DNA of 64,000 nt from positions 4,960,001 to 5,024,000 of the forward strand of contig OZ242005.1 in the NCBI GenBank assembly GCA_965204725.1. The letters are read 5' to 3'. Below are positions 62,695 to 64,000 of this stretch, piece after piece. The DNA comes from Candidatus Latescibacterota bacterium. GTDB taxonomy: Bacteria > Latescibacterota > UBA2968 > UBA8231. Under the pieces are notes generated by a model, which ran no database searches, had not been told where the DNA came from, and saw nothing but the letters and a program-made list of their open reading frames with translations. The first letter of the stretch is position 1, and each line of letters begins with the position of its first letter. Made by a program: the position numbers and the translations under genes.

Positions 62695-62905
62695 TTTGCG
62701 GCATTTTAAGTGCTTTGAGCTACTTCACCTCCCGTTGTGCCCGCTGACGTTATTGGCGGGGACCAATGCCTCGGGGAAATCCTCGGCACTTCAGGCCCTT
62801 GTCTTGCTACATCAGATAATGCGCGAACACGAATGGTCACTTCGCCTCATGCTTAACGGCGAGTCCGTTCAACTGGGTACTGTATCCGATGTCGTGGATA
62901 AAGTA
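62678..62905 (+). pseudogene. ABC/AAA-type ATPase (DUF3696-like), truncated by IS insertion
   Basis: GTG overlapping the DUF262 end; LRHFKCF…LTLLAGTNASGKSS..QAL; coding sense ends at the IS end. Confidence 0.82.
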
Positions 62906-64000
62906 TATAGCGATCCGAAATGACTTGAAAGATTTAGGTCTGCTTTTTATTTTGTCGTCTGGTTTTCTATCGTCCTCTTTTTTCGGCGTGTTTTGGTATG
63001 GATTCGGATTCGTCCTTAGCCGCGTTTATCGCCAGCAACCCCGACGCCCATGAACTCAAACGTGCGTTAGCGGTTCAGATGACCTTGTTGGGCTTCAAAC
63101 AACGTAGGATTCAAGCGGTTCTCGGCGTTCAGTCGGGTTTCATCAGTACGTGGAAAAAGCGCTATGTATCCGAGGGGGTCGCCTGCTTTCGTTTGGGCTA
63201 TAAAGGCTCGCAACCCTATTTGTCGGCCGATCAGCGCGCCCAACTCACAGTGGTTGGCGAGCCAATCGCAGCCTTCGGTGGCGTCGTTAGCCTCCTATAT
63301 CCAAAGGCCGTTTGGCGTGGTCTTTCGCTCCTCGCAGAGTTATTACGATCTGCTTTCGCAGGCGGGCTATCGTTGGAAAAAGACCCAAGCTCGTTCGCCC
63401 AAAGCCGACCCCCAAGCGGGGATCGCACGGCGCGCCGAGATAAAAAAAACTAGCCGCGCATAAGGAGGACCTCCAAGCGGGTCGTCTCCGTGCCTTTTTT
63501 GTCGACGAGTCGCACCTACACTGGGGCGATGCCTGTGGGTATGCTTGGGGACGGTCGGGTCAACGGCGTACGGTGTGCATTGAAAATGAACGGCAACGGC
63601 AAACCTATTATGGGGCCTTGGATGGGGTTAAGGGCCCCTTCCTCATGCAAAGCTACCCGAAGGCGAATTCACAGCATACGGTGGACTTTATACGCTATAT
63701 ACAACAGCGTCGTCCCGGTCCGCAGGTGTTGATCTTTTGGGATGGGGCGTCCTACCATTATCAACAGGCCATGCGGGCTTTTCTCAAAACAATCCAAGCA
63801 CACCGACCGACCGATGAATGGAAGGTACGCTGTATGCGATTAGCCCCTTATACACCACAAGAAAATCCCATCGAAGATATTTGGTTAAAAGGGAAAACCT
63901 TTGTGCGTACTCATGCGTTGTGGACCACAAGCTTTGAACAGATCAAAGACCTATTTGTCGAGGGCATTCGACAGAAAAAATACTTCCATTTTCCTAAGTT
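62906..64000 (+). mobile_element. IS630-family element with frameshifted transposase, runs off the window
   Basis: TA-TATAGCGATCC end; HTH ORF from 62998; A8 slippery run near 63442; downstream frame FVDESH…WDGASYH…PQENPIEDIW. Confidence 0.9.

Overview
GC-rich bacterial chromosomal window. A T9SS-type C-terminal sorting tail, five PhyH dioxygenases, three Gfo/Idh/MocA oxidoreductases and TPR/ASPIC proteins suggest an FCB-group lineage such as Latescibacterota, possibly host-associated (inference). Bases 1-48.6 kb are mostly metabolic and housekeeping genes: a heparinase-like lyase, a CocE hydrolase, a gltA-hpf-pntAB-gltBD run, a CLC channel, oxidoreductases, the Hen1-Pnkp RNA repair pair, NfuA and a hybrid histidine kinase. 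Bases 48.6-64 kb are a mosaic accessory region. It holds small low-GC gene inserts bounded by duplicated gene ends or coupled to truncated 5' gene fragments, an IS5 element, an orphan IS110-type left end that looks like a bridge RNA whose target guide matches its own flank, and an IS982-like remnant. It ends in a decaying defence island: a Cas2/VapD-like plus 2TM gene pair, a nuclease-less MmeI-type methyltransferase, DUF262, and an ATPase broken by IS630. No tRNA, rRNA or CRISPR array was seen. All family calls come from motif recognition by eye, not from database searches.
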